Notes under the pieces: generated by a model
What the model saw: only the letters and a program-made list of their open reading frames with translations
Told to the model about the DNA's origin: nothing
Databases searched by the model: none
Shown here: piece by piece, positions 45,248 to 59,204 of the stretch
How the letters are laid out: every line of letters starts with the position of its first letter
Numbering within the stretch: the first letter of the stretch is position 1
Translations under genes and position numbers: made by a program
NCBI RefSeq assembly: GCF_009914755.1
Contig: NC_060942.1
Strand: one strand, 5' to 3'
Length of the DNA: 64,000 nt
DNA from: the human T2T-CHM13v2.0 reference genome, Homo sapiens

Positions 45248-45415
45248 ATGTGCATAAGAATCACTGAGAGCTTGCTAAAGCAGCTGCTTCAGCCCCAGCC
45301 CCAGAGGCTCCAATACCCCAGGTCACAGTGGAAGCCCTGAGTGTTCACTTCTAACAAGTTCACAGAAGATGCCAATGCTGTTAGTTTAAGGGCCATGCTC
45401 TAAGTAACTGATCCA
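45248..45415 (+). mobile_element. MER5A-like hAT fragment
   Basis: gtgcataagaatcactgagagcttgctaaa...ttctaacaagttc...gatgccaatgctg. Confidence 0.65.
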
Positions 45416-46423
45416 GAGAAATCTAAACAATTAAGTGAGTCACTTTTCTAAGAGGGATATTTAAAATGTTCAAAACTTCATCAAATCTCATTTTCTTGAT
45501 TCTTCCAAGAAGTAAACAGAAAAGTGAATCACACATTCACACTTAATAATTCGGGGATAAAGGAACTTCATGTCTTCAACTTACTCTTAAATGGCTCAAA
45601 AAGAGTATATATAGATCATACATATCCGTTTATTTATACACACATACACACACATGTGGCAAGATGTAAATACAGTAAAATGTTAACATTTGAGAATTCT
45701 TTTGTACTATTCCTGAAGCTTTTCTGTAAGTTTGAAACTATGGCAAGATTCTAAAAAATTATTATAAAAATGAATTTAAAAATAAAAGCTATTTATATTA
45801 TTAAATTACTATTTATTACAAGATATAATTATTTTTATGTGCTCAGATCTTATACTTAGCAAATCTACAAGAACCTACAAACAAAAGGAATAAAAAGGTT
45901 TCAGGAAAATATTGTGACAAATAAGTAACATACTAAAATAAATAACTTTTTGATACATGAGCAAAATGAATTAGAAAATATAGTGGGAAAAAGTCTCATT
46001 CACAAGAAGGATAAAAAAACTGTACATTGCCTAGAAGTGAAAGTTCCAAAAAAGTTTGAGACGTTAATAGAGAAAGAAACTATAAAACTGTACTGATGGG
46101 CATAACTTATAAAGTATTAATAAGATGTCAAAAATAATTTCCATGAAGAATTTATAACATAGAAAAATGCTTGCAGAATATTTAGTGAAAGAAGGAAATA
46201 CAAAAATGTACACAAGATATGAACATAATTACATAAAACAAACAAAGGCTATACAGAGAAAGAAGACGGGAAGAAAATACATCTCTCTGGGTGGTAGAAC
46301 TGGAAATGAATGTTTTCCCTGTATACTTTCATTTTTCAAATTTTTAAAACAAATATATGTATTTTTAACAGTTTTTACAAGTTACATATTACAAAAATAA
46401 AAATACAAAGATATCGTACTTAC

Positions 46424-46613
46424 CATTTAAATCATTGCTTTCTGAATTTCTATCAAAAGCAGAAAAATTCAAATCAAACATACACCGTCCTAGGTAACAA
46501 TGCTTTACCATCTGATTCAAATGTTCATAAAAATGGCAGTGATATAAAAGAGCCTGAAGGGCAGGTTTTCCAATGAGCGATAGGCCAGAGTCCTCATCAT
46601 GAACACAGGGACC
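46424..46613 (-). CDS. RTTN: RTTN exon (~ex33), 190 nt, [10 protein letters not shown]...SESNDLN(G)
   Basis: Acceptor ctcttcctacAG, donor ATG|GTAAGT; phase 0/1; inside ORF 46389..46661. Confidence 0.95.
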
Positions 46614-48899
46614 CTGTAGGAAGAGAGGGAAAGAAGAAGGAGACACTGATTTATCCAACAATTTCCTTAAAAAGATCCATTGTCTCCTCTCGAGGAAACA
46701 AATGGGTCCCAGATGCTCCCATCTCCTTCCACTCTGCTTTTGTCCTTACACAGTTATAGCAGCCTGACCTAGGACAAATTATTCCATAATACTCTAGGTC
46801 TTTGCTGCCTAAACACCCCCGTGAAGGGACAAAGCTGATCTTTCTCTTGAGGGGCCATTTCATTTAAAATGTTTCTATGGAATGATCAGCTTTAACCAAG
46901 AAATCATATACTTGCACCAAAAACACAATAAAAGCAGTATTTTTCAACCTACATATAATAGTAAAATAATAGGTGTTAAAATATATGAAATAAGGTGGTC
47001 CATATATTATGTTCAGAATTATTTTTTATACCTATCACTAAGCCAGGTAAAATGAAAAGGTCCATCAATATCCATATGGCAAAATCTGTCACATTACTTC
47101 CCACTGAATTAATCCTGACAAGGAAAAAAAACACACACATGTATACATACACACACATGAACTGCCACCAGGAGGCTGAAAAGAATCTGCTATTACACAA
47201 TTTTTCTCTTTGCATTTTTCCCAAACAATTTTTTGCATTGTGACTTACTACTTTTCCTGGAGTATCTAATAGCAAAAAGCAAGCAATGAGGATTGGTTTG
47301 AAGTTTGCAAATAATCCTACCATTAGTTTATAAATATTTCTATTTTCTGGGAAATGATAATAAAGTTAAGATTTCAAAACAGGCCATAAGAGAGAGAAAA
47401 ATAAAAGATAGCAAACAGAAATCTAAGAGCCAACAGGAAAGATACGTTCAAAACATATTGCAAGTTGACCTTTAACCATAAGATTTGTATGTGTGTCTGT
47501 TCTCTCACCCTCCCCATCACCAAAAGAAGATGGATATTTTAACTTACTCTTCAGGAAGACAAAGGAATTCACAAGTTAAAGGCACGATTACACTAACAAG
47601 GTTATTTCTATTAACACTTCTTTTTAAGGACATTTATATACATCATTATAATTAAACCTCTTCAATATTCAATGTCTTTTATGACTATGAAGTTGTTACT
47701 GCTGTGTTGTAATAAATCTACCAACACTGTGAGCTTACTCGTCCTAAACAGAGCAATTTATATAAGAAATAAGACTACTGTAATGAACAGCCAGCACATG
47801 GTGGTCACTGTCGTTATTTTAAATGCAGAGGTCTAGAAGAATCAGGTAAAATAGAGAGTAATACAAAGTGAATGGGGTTATGTGGCTCCTGTTTATTAAC
47901 CAAGGTATATGTTACAGGTACTGGCGCCCTTTAATACATTACCTTATTTTATTATATAGAATGAAGTATTCACCCAAAATCACAGAGTCAATCTTAACAT
48001 TCACAGCTTCAAGAAATTCTATCTTTTAAGCAAGTTATAACATACTTAAATGTACAAAACACGCCAAACACCCAAGAGATTTGCAATAAACTGCTTAACA
48101 TCACAAATTAGAGTCCTCATTATAATAATATAGGGAAGGAATTAACAAATAAGACAAGAATTGTAGAGGGTTTACTAGCTTCACTCCATCTAAAAAATTC
48201 AATAAATCAAAAGTGATTAATCAAAGTTGTACAAAAACTAGTTTTCAAAATATATTTTATAATGATACAAAGAACCACTTAAAAATATTTTGCCATACAG
48301 ATTATATAAAATTATGCAATTTTTCATATTTTTGCAAAATTATGTCTACATGAATGCTTCCTCTATCAGTTACCACAACCCAAAATTCACAAACCTTTAA
48401 TGAAAATAGAGAAGAGAATGTAAACTGTATAAATCTTAAAAACAGAAAAAAATGACATCTACAGCTCTTTGAGAGATCTTAAATCTGCTGATTCTTTATT
48501 CTGTTCAAGGCCTACTGAGGCTGATGGCCATACCAACTGTTAGGAAGACAAGAGTTACAAACCCACTGTCTTCTAAAATCTAACATTTCTTTAGTTTTTA
48601 AGTATTTTAGAAGTGAGAAGTTACACATGTAAATATGGTATTAGAACTCTTGCAATTATTCTCTAAATATGTAAAATTGTCACAGTGATAAAGAACCTAG
48701 TTTAATCACATTTTCCCTTCAATAAATTAAAAATTCTTTTCTAGTTCCTATTAATATAAACACAGACTTAGAAAATATAGGTAAGAAAGTCATAATAAGA
48801 GACACAAATTTATAACTAAATCTATCAAATAAAGTTTAGAATCTGTTCTATTTTTCCTCTGTTTATAAATCATGGTAAAAATTATTTAGCCTACCAAGA

Positions 48900-50330
48900 T
48901 TGAAGAAGCTAATTTAGCTTATGAACAAAAAATTTAATATCATAGAAAATAGTGCAAAAAGGTTTAAGATATAGAAATACAAAAGGAAATCAGAGAAAAT
49001 AAATTCAAGAGGCCTAATAAGGGACTTACAATTTCTGGAAAGATAAAATATAACACACAAAAAAAGGAAATTCATCTTAAAAGAAATAAATATGAAAAGA
49101 TTTGTCAGAGCCAAAAAAATATATAGAAGATCCAAATCTTCAAATTAAGGAGCTTAATAAATGTCAAGCAAGAAAAATGGAAAAAAGGTACATAATAAAA
49201 AAATTCTAAACATTGAGGACAAAGAGATGATAATGAAAGAAAACATCAGCCATAAAGAAGTAAAAAGAGTCAGATGAAAATTCAACTTCTCATCAGTAGC
49301 ACTGGATGCTAGAATACAGTGAAGCAAAATTCTTGGGAGGAACAATCTTCACCAAACATATGGTAACTAACCACACTATCAATCCAGTGCAATTTAAAGA
49401 CATTTTCAAATATGCAAGAACTTGTGATATTTATCTCTCATGCACTTGTCACTAGTTACCACTACAATCATTTTGAGAATTATGACTAGGAAAAGAAATT
49501 CTAACAGAAGAGAAAGGATGATTAAGAGCTTAGAAAAACTTTAGACATGAGACATGATATGGACCCACAATGTAAGAAAAAACAAACAGGAACCTCAAGG
49601 GAAAATAAATCACCCAAATCAATTTTTAAATTATATTTTTATATATACATATATAAACACACACATATACATGTATACATACATACAAATACCAGAAAAC
49701 TTTTCCTCTGAGTATTAGATGAGTTGGTCCTGGAAGCCGAGATAAGAAAGTGTAATCACAGCCCACTAAGTGTCTCTGTAGTGAGTTACGGTTTTCAACT
49801 TTTAGAAGCAACCTACAGATAAAATTGAGACTGCAGATGAGAATGTAAACATAATCAACGCTCACAAAGCAAAAAGTAAAAATAAAACTATTAAAGATGG
49901 GTATTAGAAACGGCAGAGGAAAGACTGAAGAAAGGACAGGTACAATCTCAGCCATGTCTTATTCATCTCAAAATGGGTTGGGGTCAAAAGATATGATGCA
50001 TGGGTGACAAAACCAGGAAGAGCAAGTGTGACCAGTGGAGAAATAAGAGCAGTAATACCACTATGGTACTATGAGATACTGTGGTATCTGCAGGAAATTG
50101 TGTACATGAGCTAAATCCTTACGTACTAAAGTAGTGCATGAATAAATATATTATTGCAAACATGCTATTTAGATATACAGTGGTAACTCCCTGAAGAATT
50201 AAAATCAGAGGTAAAACTGTCTCAGTGAATGGAGAGGGACAGTGAATTTCACTATAAGCTCTATTAGCTTTTTTTTAACCATATGTATTTATTACTTGAA
50301 AAAAAAATTTCTTCTAAAAAGTTCAATTAG
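48900..50330 (+). mobile_element. Ancient L1ME/HAL1-like remnant
   Basis: A-rich ORF1-like decay (aacttctcatcagtagcactggatgctagaatacagtg). Confidence 0.5.
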
Positions 50331-51299
50331 TGCATTCAAAATATTCTTGAACTGCTCAAAAGAAAACCGAGTAATCTGAAATAGGCACATATTACATAAA
50401 AATTATTTTATTTTTTATTTAACTAAGCATTAAGCCTGAATCCCCATTCTCTACACTTATTAAGAGAGCTTTATAATGGAGCCAAGCCCAGGATATGCAC
50501 AAAGGATGGCCAGGCTCAGGCTTTCACAGATAACTAATGGTTCAAGGGCCAGAACAATGAAGTCTTTCATGCACACACTAGGCTCTGCTCCATACATCCA
50601 TCAGTAATTGATGGGGTTATCTTCTAGCATAGTGGGGAAATTAGAGCAATCAGGTCTAATTGCTCTGTCTCAAGACTTCTGTATCATGACTAGCCTTGCC
50701 CTCAGGTGAGTTCTGGGGCTGCCAGATCGTCTGCTGAATTGCCAGAGAGAGCTGAGAAGGAAAGTAAGAAAGCTCTTCAAATCACCAGAATGCCATTACA
50801 AATACATTTACAAAGAAAACTGCAAATTAATTATGTCATATCAAGCTCCAATTAATTTGAAAACATCTTTATCAAGAATGCAATAAATCAGAATACTAAT
50901 TTTAAAATGCATATTATACTCCTAGTGTCAGTGCTAATATACCCATTAGCTATAATTGAAAAGGTACTAGAAGCAAAGTAAGAATAACATTTAAGAAGAT
51001 ATAATATTTTCAAGGAGAAAAATGAATTATTGTCATATATAACAAAAATGCTATAATCCAAAGACTGTAAAAATGACCCTAAATACATTAGAAATCCAAA
51101 ACTACATGTAAAATATGAATATCATTACAATGATATCAGTTTACCAAGTACTCATTGTCTTCTGGAAATACTCATGATGCTTCATAACAAACATATTAAA
51201 AGATAAAAATAATACATATTAATCATATCAAATATCAAAATAATATATAACTATAAATGAGCTGACTATTTAAAACATATACACAGACAATTACTAGCT

Positions 51300-52006
51300 T
51301 TGTTCACTCACAGGACATAGAAGCAACGACACCCCAGGAACAATGAATACATCTAGAACGCAGATCTTGGTTTCTAAATACCATTCTCCATGAAAAGAAA
51401 TCAGAGCCCTTGGAGCAAATATCTGATTCCAGGATGGAGCTGGACAGTCTAGAACACTTTGCTGTACCAGAAGTAAGGAAATGGCTCAAATATTGATAAA
51501 GACACAAGAACCATTATGAAGAAATTTCCCCTGGCCAAAGCAAGAATGATTTGAACATTGAAACAAATAATGATAGAAACAGATTATAGCCCATTAAACA
51601 AACTTAAGAATCTTCAATCCATGCTGGTGTAAATAAGTGAATCACTAAATAAGCAAGGAAGAATGAAAAGTTCTTCCTTACAGTAGCATGTAATAAACAT
51701 AGAAAGAAATGATGGAGTTAGGAAATCATTTGGCAACAATTCTGTAATAACTGTTTCAGGTAAGAATCATGAATGGAATTTAAAACTAGGAAAACAGTGT
51801 GGAGATTTCTTAAAGAACTAAAAGTAGAACTACCAGTGGGATTCAGCAATCCCACTACTGGGTATCTACCCAGAGGAAAATAAGTCATTATACAAAAAAG
51901 ATACTTGCACACACATGTTTATAGCAGCACAATTTGCAATTGCAAAAATGTAGAACCAATTCAAATGCCCATCCACCAATGAGTGGATAAACTGGTGTGT
52001 GTGGTA

Positions 52007-52046
<40 letters not shown>

Positions 52047-53160
52047 TGGAATACTACTCAGCCATAAAAAGGAATGAATTAATGGTATTCGCAGTGATCT
52101 GGATGAGATTGGAGACTATTATTCTAAGTGAAGTAAGTCAGGAATGGAAAACCAAACATCAAATGTTCTCACTCATAAGCGGGAGCTATGCTATGAGGAT
52201 GCAAGGGCTTAAGAATGACACAACGGACTTTGGGGACTTGAGGGAAAAGGGTGGGAAGGGGTGAGGGATAAAAGATACAAACTGTGTGCAGTGTATACTG
52301 CTGAGGTGATGGGTACACCAAAATCTCACAAATCACCACTAAAGAACTTACTCATGTAATCAAACACCACCTGTTCCCCAATAACCTATGGGGGAAAAAA
52401 AAGTAAAACAAAACAAAACAAAAAACTAGTGAAAGAAAGTTTGATGAGAAACAGATATTTACAGTCTCAGAGCACCTCCTTCCAAAAGAAAAAACTGTAA
52501 CTTTACAAAGGACAAAACAGGCAGATTCTATCTTTACTAAGTAATCAAAGTTAGTATCACCAACAATGGGAAAGAGAGATATAATATCTCTTGACATGTT
52601 GCACTGAGAACCCATCACTTCTATGGTTTTTCTGCCAAAAATGCGTAACTCAAATCTAAACCTGGGGAAAAGGACAAATCTAATTGAAGTATATTACAAC
52701 AAATAAGTAGCCTGCATTCTTCAAAAATGTTAAGATCATAAATATTTAAAATTTTGAAACTATTTCAGATGAACGAAAGCAAATATGTAAGACAAGTATA
52801 TGCAATGTGTATTCCTGAGCTGGATCTTGGATCCAGGATTGGATTTTTTTTTCTTTTTTTTCTATTAAAAACAGCAGTGGGACAACTGAAAATCCTTGAG
52901 TAATCTCCTAATTTTGATAATTATTATTGTGATTATGTAAGAGGATATCCTTATTTTTAGGAAATCCACACTTAAGTGTTCAGAGGAAAAGAAGCATTAT
53001 GTCTACAACTCTCCAATAGTTTAGAAAGAAGACACTAGACAGAGCTGAAGTAAATGTGTAAAATAACATTTGGGGAATCTGGGTGAAGAGTACATAAAAA
53101 TTGTATTGTTTCTACAAATTTCCTATAAATCTAATTTTTTTCAAAATAAAGTTTAAAAAG
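51300..53160 (+). mobile_element. L1MC/MD 3' region interrupted by a younger L1
   Basis: ttgctgtaccagaagtaaggaa and aagtaatcaaagttagtatcacc motifs; ends at aaaataaagtttaaaaa. Confidence 0.65.
51790..52421 (+). mobile_element. L1PB-type 3' fragment with an internal (CA)n; TSD aaaactag
   Basis: caccaaaatctcacaaatcaccactaaagaactt 3'UTR; aaaactag at 51782 and 52422. Confidence 0.82.
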
Positions 53161-53768
53161 TCTGTGTACCAATTCAAAGTCCTGTCACAAACATGGAAAG
53201 CAACTAGAGCATGAACAAGTTTATTTAAATCACAAACTGACAACCCATTATGTTATTTAAGTGCATGAAATTACCCTTTACATTTAAATGTGAGATCATT
53301 TTCAAGTGGAAAGAACTGAAATATTATTAAAATTATGCATAAGCTACCATCATCATACATAACATGATTATAACAATGTTTCCTGGGTACATGTCATCCC
53401 CTGTAGGCCATAAGCCCAAGAATACTAAATTGGATTATCTGTGAATCTCCAATATTTAGACACTCAACAAATGTTTACAGAAATGAACTGAGACAAATTA
53501 CATCAATAATCCATCTCTAATCAATAGATTTCTTGTTATAATCAACTCTAAAATTGGTTGTTAAAGTTTCAGGGATACGGATTTCTGACACTAGTCTTCA
53601 AACTAAACCCAGTTATGAAACCATCCACATTCAGGAGTCTTAACTCCTAGTCAGACTGTGGGAAACTGGTCTGAAAAACACTGGACAGTTGGGAGCCACA
53701 ATACAGTTTCGTGTCAACTGAATATTGGCTCTGTTTTCTCTTCTTGGCAGAGAATGTAGTATGCAGGG

Positions 53769-54064
53769 TTTTTGTTTTTAGAGACAGGGTTTTGTTCTGT
53801 CATCCAGGCTGCAGCACAGTGACACAATCATAGCTTACTGTGGCCTCAAACTCCTGGGCTCAAGCAATCCTCCTGCCTCAGTCTCCTGAGTAGCTAGGGA
53901 CTACAGGTGCATGCCACCATTCCAGGCCAATTTTTAAAATTTTTTTTAGAGATGGGGTCTCACTATGTTGCCCAGGCTAGTCTCAAACTCCTGGGCTCAA
54001 GTGATCCTCTCACCTCAGCCTCCCCAAGTGTTGGGATTACAGGCATGAGCCACCACACCCAGCT
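53769..54064 (-). mobile_element. Alu (AluJ-like)
   Basis: gagacagggttttgttctgt...ccacacccagct. Confidence 0.88.
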
Positions 54065-54863
54065 GGGATGTAGCTTTGAATGAGGCTGAGTTTGACTCAA
54101 GAACAAGACCAATGTTTGTAAATATCCCTCTGAAAAGTTAGTGTCCTGAATATAAAAGAGCTGTGACACACCAAAGACTGACACAGCAAGAACTGGGTTC
54201 TCATATCCAGCAGGGGCCTGGTATCAAGGCCCCTGGTAGGAGTGCTAGATGTCAAGGGAAGACAGGCCGAGATACTTCATCTGCTCCTCCTCTTGGTGAC
54301 CACCCCACTTCCAGTATGCTTCTGCATCCACAGAAAAATAAAAGGGGACTTATGCTATGAAAATTAAGGCTTTATTTCTAACTGTATTTACTTATGATAT
54401 TAAGACCAAAAGGATAACTCAAATGTTTTGCACATTTTAATGAATCAGTCAAGACAGATGGAGCACTTACTTTCTCTGTGGTAGGGGTTGGGAGAAACAT
54501 TTTTTAAAATATAAAAAATGTAGTCCTGTCAGAAACAAACATTCTACACAGGAAGATTAAGTTAAATGGTAAGAAATAATGCAAATATGGAAAATAACCT
54601 AATTTAGTGGTAAGACATTAAATGTTAGTGTCTTTAAAAGGAAGATTAAAATGGGAATTGCAGTGGTTGGTAAAATTATTTAATACTTTAAAAAAATAAA
54701 TTGTTTTAAATTATTTACTTCCTATCTTGTCCGAGAAAAGATTTAAGGCCCATTACAAGGAAAGGTAAATTGTAACATGATAGTAAATGCATATCAGGAA
54801 TAAAAGAAAGAAAAAAGCCAGAGATATGGAAAAAGTGCAACCATGAATAAAGCTTAGAAGGTA

Positions 54864-54991
54864 AGCTGGGTGTGGCAGCATGTGCCTGGGGTCCCAGCTA
54901 CTCAGGAGGCTGAGGCAAGCGTATCACTTGAGCCCAGGAACTCAAGGCCAGCCTGGACAACACAGTGAGACCCCATCTTTTTTTTTTTTTT
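54864..54991 (+). mobile_element. Alu monomer (FLAM-like)
   Basis: gctgggtgtggcagcatgtgcctg...gtgagaccccatct, followed by a T run. Confidence 0.75.
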
Positions 54992-56739
54992 AAGTACATA
55001 CAGAAAAAGTCACAATTGATAAAAGGGCTCTACTTTCTGGCATCTAACAATAAAAGGGAAACTCAGCTATAATATTATTCATAATTCATATATGCATATT
55101 ATTACTATTCACAAGTACAACAATTCTATGTCATGACATGAAGTAGGAATTTATGCTACTGTGCAGAGGAAGGAGAGGAAAAGGAGTGGTAATTATAAAG
55201 AGAATGCTTCAGAAAGCCTATGAAACAAGAGCACTAGCGGGCATTAATTTAGACTGCAGGCAGGAAAACAAAGTGCAAAGCAATAGAAGCAATTCTCTTT
55301 GTTAAAAAAAAAAATCAAATATTTACCTCAACCAAAATAAAATTTTAACAAAGCTCCTAAACATGCTGTTTCATGCTATATCCTCCACAACACTATGAAA
55401 GGGACACTAAAATAAGTAAATGAAACATTTTGTTGAATAAGATTATTATTCATAATTCTACCAAAGACTGTTTGAATTTTAAAATACTGGCTATGTGGCC
55501 CCTTTTTCATGGTTGCAAAGGACCATGTGCCCCACTAGCTGCACCCAGAGACAACCATCTTGTTTCCTTCTTGCAGAAGCTGTTTCTACTTTGGAATTTC
55601 AGACCCCACTAAACTTTCTTAAAATTGGATGACAGATATACTGAGTTAACTATTTTCACTGCCAAGGAAGGACACTTACACAAACAAAAATAACCAAAAA
55701 AAAAAAAAGACTGAAAAGAGAGGAAGAAAATCTGAGTTTATTAAAAAGCATACAAGATTGTCCTTATTTATCTAATTTTTCCTAAGACTAGCAAAAGTTG
55801 TAATCAACTATTGTTTGGGACAGCAGTGGCTCTCCAACTTTTTTTATTTTGGCCAACTTAGCAAGGCCAAAACTCCAAAAGCTAACTTAAATCACTATTT
55901 TCCACTTTTTAGTAGAAAAGGATTTCCATGATGAAGACTGGAGAATAACAAAACCAATAAACTGCAGTAAGCATGCCACCAGCAACAAACAGGAACTTTA
56001 CTATTTAATTTCTAAGAGAAAAATATGAACAGCTACATACGGTTCTGTATTATAACATAATGTCCCAGGAACTTTAATATACTCTGCCTTTATACTTATT
56101 TCAATAATTAAAAATTCATTGGTAGTACATCACCAAGTATATCCATGTACATGGGTCACTAGTTTAACAATGGGAGTAGAGATTATTTGTATTTGAGCCA
56201 AAAACAACATGTTTTAAAATGTAGTCTCCGGATAACAGGTACCAAAACTACTACACTATTAATATAACTATTAATCCTGCATATTCCCTCCAGTTTTGTC
56301 TCCTGGTTTTATTACAACATGGAAAGTAGATAAGCAGCCATTATCAGAAGGCAATGTTAAAGAAATTACGAGCAAATTACAAGCCTGGGATTTACAATGA
56401 CTGGTAGGGTTACCCTGGGTTTGTAAAGTTTGGAGAGGTAAGCCTTCCAAGAGTTAAATGCTACCTGGGCCTTGACAACCACCTGGATTCATGCTTCGGG
56501 TCATGTGCGGAAACTTGCCCTTGCTACGGTTCAGCTTGTTTCACTAACTCCTCTAAGAGTATAGTCTAATTAAAACTTAAAAATAAACCTTAGATTTATA
56601 CAGGATTTTGAGGAGTGAGGTGTAGCAATATGATAAATATATCCCTATAAGGTGAAAATATATGGATAGGTAAAAGGACAGAAACAGCACATCTTATATC
56701 CCCAATAAGTGTACTTTTGTATCTTCCAAATTACCTAAA

Positions 56740-57056
56740 ACTGCAGCAACATGGATGGAGGTGGAGGCCATTATCTAAGTGAACTAACTCAAAAATAGAA
56801 AATCAAATATTGCATGTTCTCACGTATAAGTGGGAGCTAACCAATGAATACACATGGACATAAAGACAGACATAACAGACACTGAGACTCCCAAGGAGGG
56901 AGTGGGGGAGGCGGCTGAGGTTATAAATTACCTAACTGGGTACAATGTTCAATATTTGGGTAATGAGTACACGAGAACCCCAATCCCCACCACCATTACG
57001 CAATATACTTATGTAACAAACATGTACATATATCCCATGAAGCTAGAATTTTTTTA
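56740..57056 (+). mobile_element. L1PB/L1MA 3' fragment
   Basis: gcagcaacatggatggag...atgttctcacgtataagtgggagctaa. Confidence 0.75.
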
Positions 57057-57657
57057 ATGTAAGCTATAAAAATGTTAGGTAACCATTTACTGATGTGATA
57101 TTCAGAACATGAAAAAGAAAGTTAACCCAACAGAAAACAAAGCAAGATACACTATAACCCGCACTGTGCACTAACCTAGAAAAGGAAAAAAAGATGTTAA
57201 CATCAACACATATTTAACTATCTACAAATTTGTTTATTATTACTAAATTAGAGAAGTAATACAGCAAAGTGGGTAAGAGACTGCCTAGACTCAAAGCAAA
57301 GGCGTACCACTGACTAGCTGTGTGATTTAGGACAAACTATTTAAACTCTCTATGCAAAAGTTCCTAAGCTTAGAAAATAAGGATAGTAACAGTTCACAAC
57401 TCAAACAATTATACAAGTTACTATGTCTTACATTTCTAGAAGGGTGCCTAAAACATAGTAAACATATGTTAACTATTATTATTTGCTTTAAATTATTGTG
57501 AACACTATAGAGAAGAATTTTTAAGTCTGGTCGGCATAAGAACAAATTCTACGTTCTATTTTAAGAGGCCCTTGCTGTCTTGTATATAGTTTCATCAATA
57601 ATGAAATATACTACTTATACTGAAAATTTATCACCAATTAATTTGAAACATCTACTA

Positions 57658-57792
<135 letters not shown>

Positions 57793-57796
57793 TCAA

Positions 57797-57815
57797 TACT
57801 GCCATCTTGTGGTCA
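57797..57815 (-). promoter_or_regulatory. Candidate CTCF binding motif
   Basis: Minus strand reads TGACCACAAGATGGCAGTA, close to the CCASYAGRKGGCRS core. Motif match only. Confidence 0.55.
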
Positions 57816-59045
57816 TCTCTGAAATAACCAATATATTGTAATTAATAGCAAAAGACATCTCTGGTCAACTGCACATGCTGAGAGGTCATTATGAGAATTG
57901 TCAAACTGTATTTCTTGTTAGGTGATGACCTTCTTAGGTAATGACCTTGTTAGGTAATGACCTAACAGTATATGAAATTATTTCATCAGGAAATATATCT
58001 TTTCCTATTTCAGAATTCAGCTTTATTAAAAAATGATTTGTATAACATAAATTCTTCTGGTAGCATTTAAGAAATATAATTTTAGGTTTCTACTATCCCC
58101 TTTCAGATTACACACACACACACACACAAACACACGCACCCCTCTGCCCCGCTTTCTCCCTTCTCTTATACAGACTCCTTTCAATAAAAACTTGCTAACT
58201 AGAAATACAAACCACAAATGTCCAACTTGACTAGATCCTGAAGATGATCAAATTAAATAATCATACAAATAGGAGCATTGATTGTCTGCTTAATGAAAGA
58301 TGAAATAACCATAATGGGAGAATGACAGGATTAACAAGAGGATTCTAAGAAACTGACATTTCCAACCATGATAACTAGAAGTGATGGAAAAGCTTTAAAG
58401 TTGATAAATCAAGAAGCAGCCATAAATATAAACATCACTACTTAAAAACATGAAGGCAAACAGCAACAAAACTAGCCTTTTGAGCTTGGAACTGGCGACT
58501 GCTAATGGTGGACCCAGGAGCTGCTGTTTTTTTTCATAAGCCTCTAAGTACAATTTGATTATTGTTTTAAAACCATTTACATGAATCATTACTTTAACAA
58601 AAGCAGCAATAAAAAAAAACCACAAGCTATTCAGAAAGAATTAAAATAGGGTTTATTTTTCCCTCTCATGTTATATGATAAATACTACAAAGAGTTATTT
58701 TGACAGCCTCTTATCTATACTAAAGCTTCATAAATATCAGAGACCCATAAATGCTGAGATAATATAAAAGTAATTTTTCCTGTGAACTACCTTTCAATGC
58801 ATAATAAAAAAAGTTCACATTAAAATATAGTATATTCCGATTTTATCTTATCGGAAGGAAGGACTCCAGTTTTTCCTGTGCATGAATACCTTTTAAATCC
58901 TCTACTGTCATTTTGTTTGGGTGTTCACAGACAGAAGAGATCATGGTCAGTGGTCAGTCCACCATGTTGAGCGGCAGTCAAGTATCGCTTACGGATACCA
59001 TCACAAAGAATTTCTAAGGAAAAAAAGGAGAAAAGACAGACATAC

Positions 59046-59204
59046 CTCCCGGCGCACCATACTACATTCTGACTGGTCCAGAAGAATGTTCACCACAGTT
59101 CCCCAGAGCCCACCGGAAATGTTCTGACAACTGTTTGCTAAGGCCACACAGCCCGTTTCAAGGGTGGTCAGTGCTGATCCTAATCCCAGTGAAGTGAATC
59201 TCAC
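59046..59204 (-). CDS. RTTN: RTTN exon (~ex31), 159 nt, [10 protein letters not shown]...CSMVRRE
   Basis: Acceptor tttgaacAG, donor GAG|GTATGT; phase 0/0; matches ORF 59001..59204. Confidence 0.94.

Noticed and set aside
54975-54991. T run where an Alu monomer A tail is expected
   Set aside because: Readily explained by expansion of the terminal ctt of a FLAM-like element; no functional implication.
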